DNA of 21,817 nucleotides from an uncultured archaeon (lineage in GTDB: Archaea > Asgardarchaeota > Lokiarchaeia > Sigyniarchaeales > SOKP01), in assembly GCA_964493715.1 (NCBI GenBank), contig CAZBPC010000056.1:1-21817 (forward strand). Direction: 5' to 3'. Positions 1-7,532 of this stretch are shown piece by piece. The position numbers and the translations under genes are program-made. Position 1 is the first letter of the stretch. Each line of letters opens with the position of its first letter. Under the pieces are notes generated by a model, which saw only the letters and a program-made list of their open reading frames with translations, made no database searches and was not told the origin of the DNA.

Positions 1-345
1 AATAATGCTACCTAATACATTATCGTTTCCAGTACCTACATTTTCAACTGCTATAGCAGAAGATGAAACGTTTATTCGAACTGCACTACCTAACTCTTTT
101 TTAGTTGATAGGTAAGCATACGGTATCTTCTTTTCATCACATAACAAGGGAACATGAAAAAGTATTTCTGGAGGGCTCACATCTTCGGCCATTACAACAA
201 GTTTAGCTAAGTTCCTTTCAATTGCTTTCGTAACTTCATTCATTCCTTTTCGTATCTTTGAATCTCGTGCTCCAGCTATAGTGTTCAAGGCGTTTTTTAA
301 ATCTTTTTTCAAGTCATCGGGAATTTTATATTTTACATAACTCAT
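1..345 (-). CDS. rpl7ae: 50S ribosomal protein L7Ae (3' end runs off window)
   Basis: Manual translation from ATG at 345: MSYVKYKIPDDLKKDLKNALNTIAGARDSKIRKGMNEVTKAIERNLAKLVVMAEDVSPPEILFHVPLLCDEKKIPYAYLSTKKELGSAV... This contains the L7Ae motifs KG.NE.TK and AEDV.P. SD-like GAAGGAG lies just upstream. Not in the ORF track. Confidence 0.97.
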   Translation of the reverse strand, partial: MSYVKYKIPDDLKKDLKNALNTIAGARDSKIRKGMNEVTKAIERNLAKLVVMAEDVSPPEILFHVPLLCDEKKIPYAYLSTKKELGSAVRINVSSSAIAVENVGTGNDNVLGSII

Positions 346-529
346 TTTTTTTCTCCTTCGAATATATTTTAAAATCATTCAATATATTTTCATAATTCAT
401 CGAATTATAGAAGAAATTAGTAGAAGATAGAAAATAAAATTTTTGATTTATTCGGAAAGTTTTTTTTTTATGAATAATTGTTAATATTACGATTAACATC
501 CTATTTTTAATTGAAGATGTGATAAAATT

Positions 530-730
530 ATGATTATACCGATCCGCTGTTTTTCATGTGGTAAGCTCATCGCACATGTTTATAAACCTTATTTGGAGGC
601 TATAGAAAAAGGGGAAAGTCCTGAGAACGCTTTTAATAAATTAGGAATCAAACGCTTTTGTTGCAAAAGAATGATCGTGTCCCATGCAGACTTAATAGAT
701 GATCTCTTGAAATTCCCGAGATTACAATAG
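530..730 (+). CDS. rpoN: DNA-directed RNA polymerase subunit Rpo10/RpoN
   Basis: MIIPIRCFSCGK...RFCCKRM, the CxxC/CC zinc motif of RpoN/RPB10. Confidence 0.97.
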   Translation: MIIPIRCFSCGKLIAHVYKPYLEAIEKGESPENAFNKLGIKRFCCKRMIVSHADLIDDLLKFPRLQ

Positions 731-792
731 AAAATAGATATTATTAAAAAAATTCTCTTTAATATATTTTGAATTTTCCTCAAATTCTACTT

Positions 793-841
793 CCCAAGTA
801 CTTCAATAAATGATCTCTTGAAGTTTCTATACTTATAATAA
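793..841 (+). repeat. Degenerate direct copy of the rpoN 3' end
   Basis: CCCAAGTACTTCAATAAATGATCTCTTGAAGTTTCTATACTTATAATAA aligns to 681-730 CCCATGCAGACTTAATAGATGATCTCTTGAAATTCCCGAGATTACAATAG. The exact shared core is ATGATCTCTTGAA. It reads INDLLKFLYL* versus IDDLLKFPRLQ*. Confidence 0.65.
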
Positions 842-873
842 ATTTTATAAACTTATTATATAAAAGAAATGAG

Positions 874-917
874 TTTCTATTCTCCTAATAGAAAATTTAG
901 ATTCTATTTTTATAGAA
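874..917. terminator. Two tandem inverted repeats between convergent rpoN and rpl24e (possible terminator or binding sites)
   Basis: TTTCTATT-ctcct-AATAGAAA (874-894) and TTCTAT-tttt-ATAGAA (902-917). Confidence 0.35.
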
Positions 918-927
918 ATTGAGAATA

Positions 928-1110
928 TTATTCTTTTCCATAAACGGAAGTCCATCTTGTCTTCCGTGGATTTTTTTTGTACAATAATAATGCTTTTCTG
1001 CATTTCTGATTGCAAAAATTCAAGATTGTTCCATCACGCTTAATATACATGTGTCCTTTTCCGATTGATATATCACTTGAACAAAAGTTGCATTTTTTCA
1101 CTTTGACGAT
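928..1110 (-). CDS. rpl24e: 50S ribosomal protein L24e (start ATC at 1110 or GTG at 1101)
   Basis: Manual translation: (M)VKVKKCNFCSSDISIGKGHMYIKRDGTILNFCNQKCRKALLLYKKNPRKTRWTSVYGKE*. This has the CxxC...G.G..Y...DG....FC..KC...NPRK..WT signature. Not in the ORF track. Confidence 0.95.
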   Translation of the reverse strand: MVKVKKCNFCSSDISIGKGHMYIKRDGTILNFCNQKCRKALLLYKKNPRKTRWTSVYGKE

Positions 1111-1130
1111 GATGTTTCACCTTTATATTA

Positions 1131-1538
1131 TTATTCTCCTTCTGTTGCTTTGAAAAGTTCAGTTTCTCCATATTTAATGGTTTTTAGATTAATCAAGGTC
1201 ATGTCATAAGTTATTTCATTTCCTCTCACGGTCTTTCGCTTTTTTTCTCCTTTTCTTTTAGGTTTATAGCCAGTTCCGCGTTTTGAAACGAGAATCTTTT
1301 TTTTAACAGGTCCGTGAACATCTTTTCTCATTGGAAATCCACTGGCATCTGATCCTCCCGTGATTTCAAATTCATAATTAGGAAAACCAATCAATCCACC
1401 TTTAATTACATCTCCTATTCCCATTCCCTCAAAGCGAAATCTTTTTTCGTCGATTTCAATTATTTTTGATAAGCCTTTGCCGGGTCCCTCATTTCCACCT
1501 GATATGTTTAACTTGTACTGTTTTTTATCTGAACTCAT
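1131..1538 (-). CDS. rps6e: 30S ribosomal protein S6e
   Basis: YKLNIS...IGDVIKG...FEITGGSDASGFPMRKDVHG...GEKKRKTVRGN, the S6e signature. The ATG at 1538 is preferred over the TTG at 1547. Confidence 0.96.
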   Translation of the reverse strand: MSSDKKQYKLNISGGNEGPGKGLSKIIEIDEKRFRFEGMGIGDVIKGGLIGFPNYEFEITGGSDASGFPMRKDVHGPVKKKILVSKRGTGYKPKRKGEKKRKTVRGNEITYDMTLINLKTIKYGETELFKATEGE

Positions 1539-1714
1539 CTTAATCAAATTAATATAAGGAAAATTATAAAGAAAAATGACCCAAAATATAAAAATTTTAT
1601 TGATATCGAGGTCTTTTTCACTTTCTTCGGTTTCTTTTTCTCACAAAAAAACTAATATTTATTTTAACATGCAGTTCATATTACAATTAAAGCACATATT
1701 TAGGATCATTACAG

Positions 1715-2542
1715 ATGCAAATTTTCGAAGTACTCGAGATAAGGGAATCTCCATATTTTTTAACTGTTGATGTAATAGATGGAGAATTCGTTCGCGATAT
1801 TATCAATTATCTAAATAGCCATAAAGTCTATTTACTGGTTGATCATGATACTAAAAAGATTTGGACGTTTAACGGCATTAATAGTTCATTTAAACTTCAA
1901 ATATATGGAGGAATTTTAGCTGGAATGCTAAGAACGCAATTACGTCTATTTTACCGTATATATTCCTTGAATAAATATTCCTCTGAAGATCCAGAGTTTC
2001 AAGAAATTTTAAATAAGCCCTTAGGAGAAGGAAGAGCACGTTCAATTGACAAATCAGACTTTTCAACTCAACTGGATAAATTACCAGCAGGAGATTTACT
2101 CATCCATAATCCACGATTGAATCAAGCATTAGAATCTATTAAAGAATATCCTATTTTGAAAGGATTCAAAAGATCTTTCTTAATCGTGGGTGGTACTCTT
2201 TATTCAGATGAAGAAATAATGGAATCCTTTCTTAAAGATGAGAAAATTACCTTAGAAGAAGTTAAATTAGGCAGGCTAAATAATGGTTTTACGTTTTTTA
2301 ATGATCGCAATTATTCAGTCCGAGTCATAGTCATAAATCGAACAATTCAAGGAATAGAACTTTATATACGCGAAGATGAAAACCTTCCTATAATAAGGTT
2401 GAAAACGCCAGTAATCATGGAGGAAAAATTCAGTAAACCAGGTAATATTGAAAATGTGCTAAAGGCATTCCGGATTCAAGATTCATTATCAGATGAAGAA
2501 GTAATAGTACATGATTTAACAGGCTCAAAAAAAGATAAATAA
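1715..2542 (+). CDS. Gelsolin-like domain protein with a second C-terminal domain (Asgard 1DGelX-like, putative)
   Basis: LNSHKVYLLVDHDTKKIWTFNGINSS...A...R...EDPEF resembles the gelsolin repeat consensus (LNS.DVFILD....IY.W.G..SS...E..EF). The C-terminal P...GF.R..LI.G..LY...F....R......I..IEL segment resembles, from memory, the domain that follows gelsolin in Loki/Thor proteins. Confidence 0.6.
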   Translation: MQIFEVLEIRESPYFLTVDVIDGEFVRDIINYLNSHKVYLLVDHDTKKIWTFNGINSSFKLQIYGGILAGMLRTQLRLFYRIYSLNKYSSEDPEFQEILNKPLGEGRARSIDKSDFSTQLDKLPAGDLLIHNPRLNQALESIKEYPILKGFKRSFLIVGGTLYSDEEIMESFLKDEKITLEEVKLGRLNNGFTFFNDRNYSVRVIVINRTIQGIELYIREDENLPIIRLKTPVIMEEKFSKPGNIENVLKAFRIQDSLSDEEVIVHDLTGSKKDK

Positions 2543-2556
2543 CTATACTATATATA

Positions 2557-3897
2557 ATGATTCTTTTAATAAATCCCAAAACTACCAAATCTACAGAAAT
2601 TAATGTAGAATATTTTAGAGAGCCAAATTTAGGCTTGCTTTACCTCGCCTCAATTTTAGAGGATCAAGGTATAATAGTAGACATCTTTGATTTAGAGCAA
2701 TTTTATCCTCTCAATGATTCAGAATTAGAAGGGATTATTAAAAATAAAATCCGAGGGTATTCCTTTTTTGGATTAACAACACTTACAAACAATTTTTATT
2801 ATACTCTTAAAATTATTAAAATTATACGGAGATTAGTTCCTCAGAGTGTGATTATTTTAGGTGGACCACATACATCTTTCCTTTATGAGGATATATTAAA
2901 TATGGAAAACTTAGTGAATTATATCTGTGTGGGAGAAGCAGAACAATCATTTCCAGAATTATTGGAGATATTAAAGAATGAGGCTTATCAAGACTTAACT
3001 ATCCCAGAATTTGAATTAATTTTAAGGGATGTTAAGGGGATTGCATTCAAAAATCGTGATGAAAAGATAGAGTTTACTGGAACTCCAGAACCTATTAATG
3101 TTGATTCCTTACCATTACCTGCTCGATATAAACTCGTACATGAACATTATCATTATAGAGTAGCAAGCATTATCATTAATCGAGGATGTCCAAATCAATG
3201 TTCATTTTGCTCAAGACAAAATTTATTTAAAACACCACGCATAAGAAGTATTCCATCTATATTCGAAGAAATAAGAGATATAATTTCTTTACAAAACTAT
3301 ACCTACATCAATTTCTATGATAACATTAACATTAACAGGCAATTCTTCAATGATTTTTGTGAGATGTTCTTGAAAAATAACATAAATATACCATGGGGTT
3401 GTGAATTACGAGTAGACTCTATAACCCAAGAAGAAGCACGATTATTAAAACAAGCAGGATGTCACCTTATTGCTACAGGGATAGAGTCTGCAAACCCCGA
3501 AGTTCTTAGAAAAAATTTTAAGTATCAAGATCCAAAGGAAGTGATGAGAGGTTTAAAATATTTAAAACAAGTAGAAATACCCATTCAAGCCTATTTTGTG
3601 TTAGGGTTACCCGGAGAAACTGAAAACACTTTTTTACAAACAATTCAATTTATCAAGCAACTTCCATTTGATGTTAATGATCGCATAAATTATTTTATTG
3701 CTACACCATATCCGGGCTCTCGATTATGGATTGAGCAAGAAGGATTCGGGATTTCTATTTTTGAAAAAGATTTTTCAAAATATGACTGTGAACACGTAAT
3801 TTTTCAGACTAATGAGTTGTCTAGAAATCAATTAGAGACTCTACAACAAAATGCCAAAAAAGTAGAATCGTATTTTCAGCAAGATGATATTAAATGA
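2557..3897 (+). CDS. B12-binding domain radical SAM protein (class B methyltransferase-like)
   Basis: N-terminal PNLGLLYLAS...ILGGPH...GEAE cobalamin-binding domain. RGCPNQCSFC is the CxxxCxxC motif. Also GIES, GLPGET and PYPGS. Confidence 0.92.
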   Translation: MILLINPKTTKSTEINVEYFREPNLGLLYLASILEDQGIIVDIFDLEQFYPLNDSELEGIIKNKIRGYSFFGLTTLTNNFYYTLKIIKIIRRLVPQSVIILGGPHTSFLYEDILNMENLVNYICVGEAEQSFPELLEILKNEAYQDLTIPEFELILRDVKGIAFKNRDEKIEFTGTPEPINVDSLPLPARYKLVHEHYHYRVASIIINRGCPNQCSFCSRQNLFKTPRIRSIPSIFEEIRDIISLQNYTYINFYDNININRQFFNDFCEMFLKNNINIPWGCELRVDSITQEEARLLKQAGCHLIATGIESANPEVLRKNFKYQDPKEVMRGLKYLKQVEIPIQAYFVLGLPGETENTFLQTIQFIKQLPFDVNDRINYFIATPYPGSRLWIEQEGFGISIFEKDFSKYDCEHVIFQTNELSRNQLETLQQNAKKVESYFQQDDIK

Positions 3898-4024
3898 ATT
3901 TTATTTAGTAATATATGAAAATTTTATTAATTGAGAATTAACTCTAATTTATTGTAGATAAATTATTAATTATATTATCCAAAACATATTTAATTTTAAA
4001 TAAAAAAGAGTTTCTGTATGAATT

Positions 4025-5308
4025 ATGGCAAAAACGGATTATTTTATAGGAGAAGCCCTTCTGGGTGCTGAAGAAAACATAGCGCATATTGATTTGTTAA
4101 TCGGTTCAAAGGATGGGCCAGTTGGAATCTCCTTTGCGAATGCCCTTAGTGCACCATCAATGGGGCATGGGAGATTATTAGCATGTATTCGACCTAATTT
4201 GTTAACTAAGCCGATAAGTTTAATAGTCCCCAAAGTCACGCTCTCAAAGATGGAAGATTCTAATAAGATTTTTGGTCCCGCCCAAGCCGCTGTTGCGAAG
4301 GCTATTGCAGATGCAGTAGAAGAAAATCTCATCCCCATGAATAAACTCGATGAGTGGTTAATGATTGTGAGTGTATTTATCCATCCTGATGCAAAAGATT
4401 ATAGGAAAATCTATCAATATAATTATGGAGCTACAAAATTAGCAATTTCAAGAGCCTTGAAAAATTATCCTCCTATTGAGAAAATTTTTTATGATAAAGA
4501 TCGAGCTAAACATCCAGTTGCTGGAATGAAAGTACCGAGGTTATGGAGGCCTCCCTATATACAAGTAGCTTTAGATCATCCAGATATAGATCATGCTTTA
4601 AAGGTTGTTAGTAATTTACCGAAGAGTGATAGGATTATTTTAGAAATTGGAACACCATTTCTCAAGAAGTATGGAATGGAAGCGATAAAAAAGATTAGAG
4701 AAATTGCTCCACAGAAATTTATTGTAGCGGATCTAAAAACTCTGGATGTAGGTAAGTTAGAAGTGGATTTCGCTTTTGATGCAACAGCAGATGCAACCGT
4801 TGCAAGTGGTTTAGCAGCTCCTTCATCAATTGATAAATTCCTTTTAGAAGCTAATCGCATGGGTATCTACGGTTTCGTAGATACAATGGAAGTAGAGGAT
4901 CCTGTTACAAAATTAAAGTCATTGAAACATATTCCTGATGTTATCATTTTACATAGGGCAATAGACGTGGAACAAGGTTCTGTAAGTCAATCTTCTGATG
5001 CAGCACAAAAAGCAAGATGGGCAGTAATTCCTAAAATAAAGGAACTTTACAAGGATCAAAAATTAGCATCAGGACGAGATCGCGTTTTAGTAGCTGTTGC
5101 TGGCGGAATAGAGCCCAACACTGCAAAGTATGCTTTAGAAATGGGTGCTGACATACTTATAGTTGGCAGGTTCGTCACGTCCTCAAAAGATGTTGAAAAT
5201 TCCATGCGTAGATTACTTAACATTATTCCAGGATATTCTGATATTGACTTAAAACGAATCCATTCCGAAGATGACGATAATTCAGCTAGTATGCCAAAAG
5301 GAGAGTAA
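4025..5308 (+). CDS. fae-hps: Bifunctional formaldehyde-activating enzyme / 3-hexulose-6-phosphate synthase
   Basis: Fae domain: GEALLG...AHIDLLIG.KDGPVG...FGPAQAAVAKA...YNYGATKLAI. Hps domain: RLWRPPYIQVALD, EIGTP, ADLKTLDVG, LHRAID, VAGGI, IVGR. Confidence 0.95.
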   Translation: MAKTDYFIGEALLGAEENIAHIDLLIGSKDGPVGISFANALSAPSMGHGRLLACIRPNLLTKPISLIVPKVTLSKMEDSNKIFGPAQAAVAKAIADAVEENLIPMNKLDEWLMIVSVFIHPDAKDYRKIYQYNYGATKLAISRALKNYPPIEKIFYDKDRAKHPVAGMKVPRLWRPPYIQVALDHPDIDHALKVVSNLPKSDRIILEIGTPFLKKYGMEAIKKIREIAPQKFIVADLKTLDVGKLEVDFAFDATADATVASGLAAPSSIDKFLLEANRMGIYGFVDTMEVEDPVTKLKSLKHIPDVIILHRAIDVEQGSVSQSSDAAQKARWAVIPKIKELYKDQKLASGRDRVLVAVAGGIEPNTAKYALEMGADILIVGRFVTSSKDVENSMRRLLNIIPGYSDIDLKRIHSEDDDNSASMPKGE

Positions 5309-5355
5309 TTTTTTTTCTAATTTTTATTCAAAATAATTTTTATTCCTCTTTTATT
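5309..5355 (+). terminator. T-rich tract after fae-hps (archaeal-type terminator)
   Basis: TTTTTTTCTAATTTTTATT directly after the stop codon. Confidence 0.4.
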
Positions 5356-5401
5356 AGTTCATGAATCAAGCAGTTTTAACTGTTTTTCTTGTTCTATTAA
5401 C

Positions 5402-5857
5402 CTAACCATTTCTTCTTTTTATAAGATTCTGAAGGCAGCGTTGTAGATAATCTTCAAATTGGTTTATTTCTTCTTTACTAAAGCCGTCATAAAATAAGTT
5501 CGTCATGATTCTTGATACATCAATATAGTCCTGCTTCAATTTTAACGCTTTTTCTGTTAAAATTATGAAAGTCTCCCGTTTATCATTCTTAGATTGAATT
5601 TTTTTGACAATATCGATTTTTTCAAGATTATCCAGATGCGAACTAAGTGTAGATTTAGTTAATTGAGTCTTTTCAACGAGTTCATGAATAGGAATATTAT
5701 CTTTTTGTAGTAATAGAAATATCACTCGTCCTTGGGATGGATTAAATAAATCTAAATTATATTCTCGTAAAATCTTTGTAAAAATTCTTTGAGAAAGTTG
5801 ATGGATTTTAGAAATTAAAAATCCTCCCGCACTAAATTCCTTTGATTTTTTACTCAT
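5402..5857 (-). CDS. MarR family transcriptional regulator
   Basis: 151 aa: SQGRVIFLL...ELVEKTQLTKSTLSSHLDNLEK...DKRETFIILTEKA, a MarR wHTH. Confidence 0.92.
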   Translation of the reverse strand: MSKKSKEFSAGGFLISKIHQLSQRIFTKILREYNLDLFNPSQGRVIFLLLQKDNIPIHELVEKTQLTKSTLSSHLDNLEKIDIVKKIQSKNDKRETFIILTEKALKLKQDYIDVSRIMTNLFYDGFSKEEINQFEDYLQRCLQNLIKRRNG

Positions 5858-5889
5858 AATCTAGCATCTATTTTAAAAACAATGATATT

Positions 5890-6360
5890 TTATTCTATTC
5901 CCGGCTCAAATTCGACTTTTTGTAATTTATAATAGAATTGTGCTATTAGTGGTTTTAATCGAAGTAGGGTATAATCTGGATCACTTAATCCTTTAAGATA
6001 ATATTTTGTCCACCAGTCTAACCATAAATTTTTCTTTATGTTCATATCATCAATAATTTCTACTTTTCCTCCAAACATGACTCCCTTGAAATCATTAGGT
6101 TCGCAGTAATAAACGGAAATTTTAGGATTCTTCATAACATGATCAGTTTTAGATGATGATGTATTTGTTGAAATATATATATCGAATTCATTGTCCAATC
6201 CATTGAAGAACTCTATAAATTCAGGAAATTGCTCCTTATTCCTTAAATTAAACATTGCTCTTGTTATGGGGTATCCTTTTGAGTCAATAGTTGTTAAATA
6301 TACCGCTTTGGAGGAATCCATCAATTCCAAACTCAATTTTTTCACTTCTTCTAATTCCAT
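5890..6360 (-). CDS. Pyridoxamine 5'-phosphate oxidase-like FMN-binding protein (general stress protein 26 type)
   Basis: LTTIDSKGYPITRAM...STNTSSSK...NPKISVYY...DPDYTLLRL. Start taken at ATG 6360 (MELEE), which follows GAAGTGA; the ORF track starts at 6393. Confidence 0.88.
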   Translation of the reverse strand: MELEEVKKLSLELMDSSKAVYLTTIDSKGYPITRAMFNLRNKEQFPEFIEFFNGLDNEFDIYISTNTSSSKTDHVMKNPKISVYYCEPNDFKGVMFGGKVEIIDDMNIKKNLWLDWWTKYYLKGLSDPDYTLLRLKPLIAQFYYKLQKVEFEPGIE

Positions 6361-6394
6361 ATTTTTCACTTCTTCATGTATTTTAATATTCATA

Positions 6395-6733
6395 TTAAAA
6401 ATTTTTTCGAATTTCGTCTAACATTTCTTTAGTTGATGGTACTTTATCAAAAGTCATCTTTAAATTATCGCAGAAATAATCTTCACAAAAAGCACAATTT
6501 TGGAATCCTTTCTCTTGACAACAACTTTTTATGGGGCATTCTTTGCACCAGCTAAAAATTCTTCCCTCCCTATTACAACCATCGCAATATATATCCTCAG
6601 GTTTAAACGATAATGATTCAGTTGACCATTCTTTTGCAACCTTTTCAATTTCCTTAAAATCTTCCTTTTGAGTAGCTAAATATGCAGGACACTCTGAACA
6701 ATCAAGTCCACAATATGCAATTATTTTACCCAT
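6395..6733 (-). CDS. DUF3795 Cys-rich (putative metal/Fe-S) protein
   Basis: AYCGLDCSECPAY...CDGC...C.IK.CC..KG..NCA.C..Y.C pattern. Start at ATG 6733 after the SD GAGGT. Confidence 0.85.
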   Translation of the reverse strand: MGKIIAYCGLDCSECPAYLATQKEDFKEIEKVAKEWSTESLSFKPEDIYCDGCNREGRIFSWCKECPIKSCCQEKGFQNCAFCEDYFCDNLKMTFDKVPSTKEMLDEIRKNF

Positions 6734-6784
6734 ATTTAATACCTCATTTAATTTTTTCATTTTATTTCATATTTTAACTAAATC

Positions 6785-6812
6785 GTTTGATCTCGAACGT
6801 TCGATTGCGAAC
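6785..6812. promoter_or_regulatory. Tandem palindromic operator (GTTCG-N4-CGAAC x2), probable MarR site
   Basis: GTTTGATCTCGAAC (6785-6798) abuts GTTCGATTGCGAAC (6799-6812). It is GC-rich within AT-rich DNA and lies about 25 nt downstream of a minus-strand TATA box. Confidence 0.75.
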
Positions 6813-6834
6813 CAATAATATTAAGATCTCCATA

Positions 6835-6842
6835 TATTTAAA
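6835..6842 (-). promoter_or_regulatory. Putative TATA box of the DUF3795-PNPOx-MarR operon
   Basis: TTTAAATA on the minus strand, correctly spaced upstream of the operator. Confidence 0.5.
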
Positions 6843-7128
6843 CTTAACTTAATTCTGACGAGTGAAAAAACAAGATAAAAAACTAATATTTAATCTAATA
6901 TACAATGAATGGAGGGAAAAAAAAATAGAAATTGATAATCCTTTAATAATATTGACCGAAAATTACTGTTTGAATAATAATCTATATCAAGCATTATGAG
7001 ATTCTTGATATGTTTTAACATTATAATTCGCTTCATTTACATTAAAAAAGAAATATTTAAAAATGAAATCGCGTAACATTAAAGTATTAAATCTTAATTT
7101 TTAAAAGAATAAAGAGAGGTATTATCTA

Positions 7129-7236
7129 ATGGCAAAAAAGAAAGCACCGGCAAAAAAACCCGCAGCACCAGCTAAGAAAAAAGCTCCGGCTAAGAAAAAA
7201 GCTCCAGTAAAGAAGAAGGCTCCAACCAAAAAATAA
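7129..7236 (+). CDS. 35-aa Lys/Ala/Pro-repeat basic micro-protein (histone H1 C-tail-like)
   Basis: MAKKKAPAKKPAAPAKKKAPAKKKAPVKKKAPTKK*. SD GAGAGGT ends 8 nt before the ATG, TATTAAAT lies at about 7085, and a T-tract follows at about 7262-7285. Synonymous codons vary between repeats. Confidence 0.88.
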   Translation: MAKKKAPAKKPAAPAKKKAPAKKKAPVKKKAPTKK

Positions 7237-7532
7237 CATGCTAAAATGGAAGCATTATAAGTTTATCTTTTTTATTTTTTATTTATGAATATATAATCGC
7301 TCTAAAACATCCTAATCTTAAATCTGGTTTAAAAATGATATCTTATATAAAGATTTAGATTACGATATAAAATACTTGCCTATTCTCACATTCATCGATT
7401 TAATTAATCATTATACAATTAATGATAAAATGGATAAAATATAACAAAATTGCAATAGTTGAACAACTCATTTGCTTAAAAAATTATCCTAATTGCTTAG
7501 TTATATTAAAAAAAGAAAGAAATAAAAGAAAT

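Noticed and set aside
589-783. 64-aa minus-strand ORF
   Set aside because: Antisense shadow of rpoN with no recognisable motif.
1576-1770. 64-aa plus-strand ORF
   Set aside because: Spans the divergent promoter region and overlaps the gelsolin-like gene out of frame; its composition looks non-coding.
4039-4860. Two antisense ORFs (99 and 89 aa) inside fae-hps
   Set aside because: Typical reverse-frame shadows of a well-conserved gene.
6338-6375. Direct repeat TTTTTCACTTCTTC (EEVKN/EEVKK)
   Set aside because: Only two short copies. One is the SD-like region and the other is early coding sequence, so no function can be supported.
7237-7532. AT-rich 300-bp gap with a small inverted repeat (ATCATTA-N6-TAATGAT)
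   Set aside because: The weak AT-only stem is expected by chance, and there is no convincing ORF or ncRNA.
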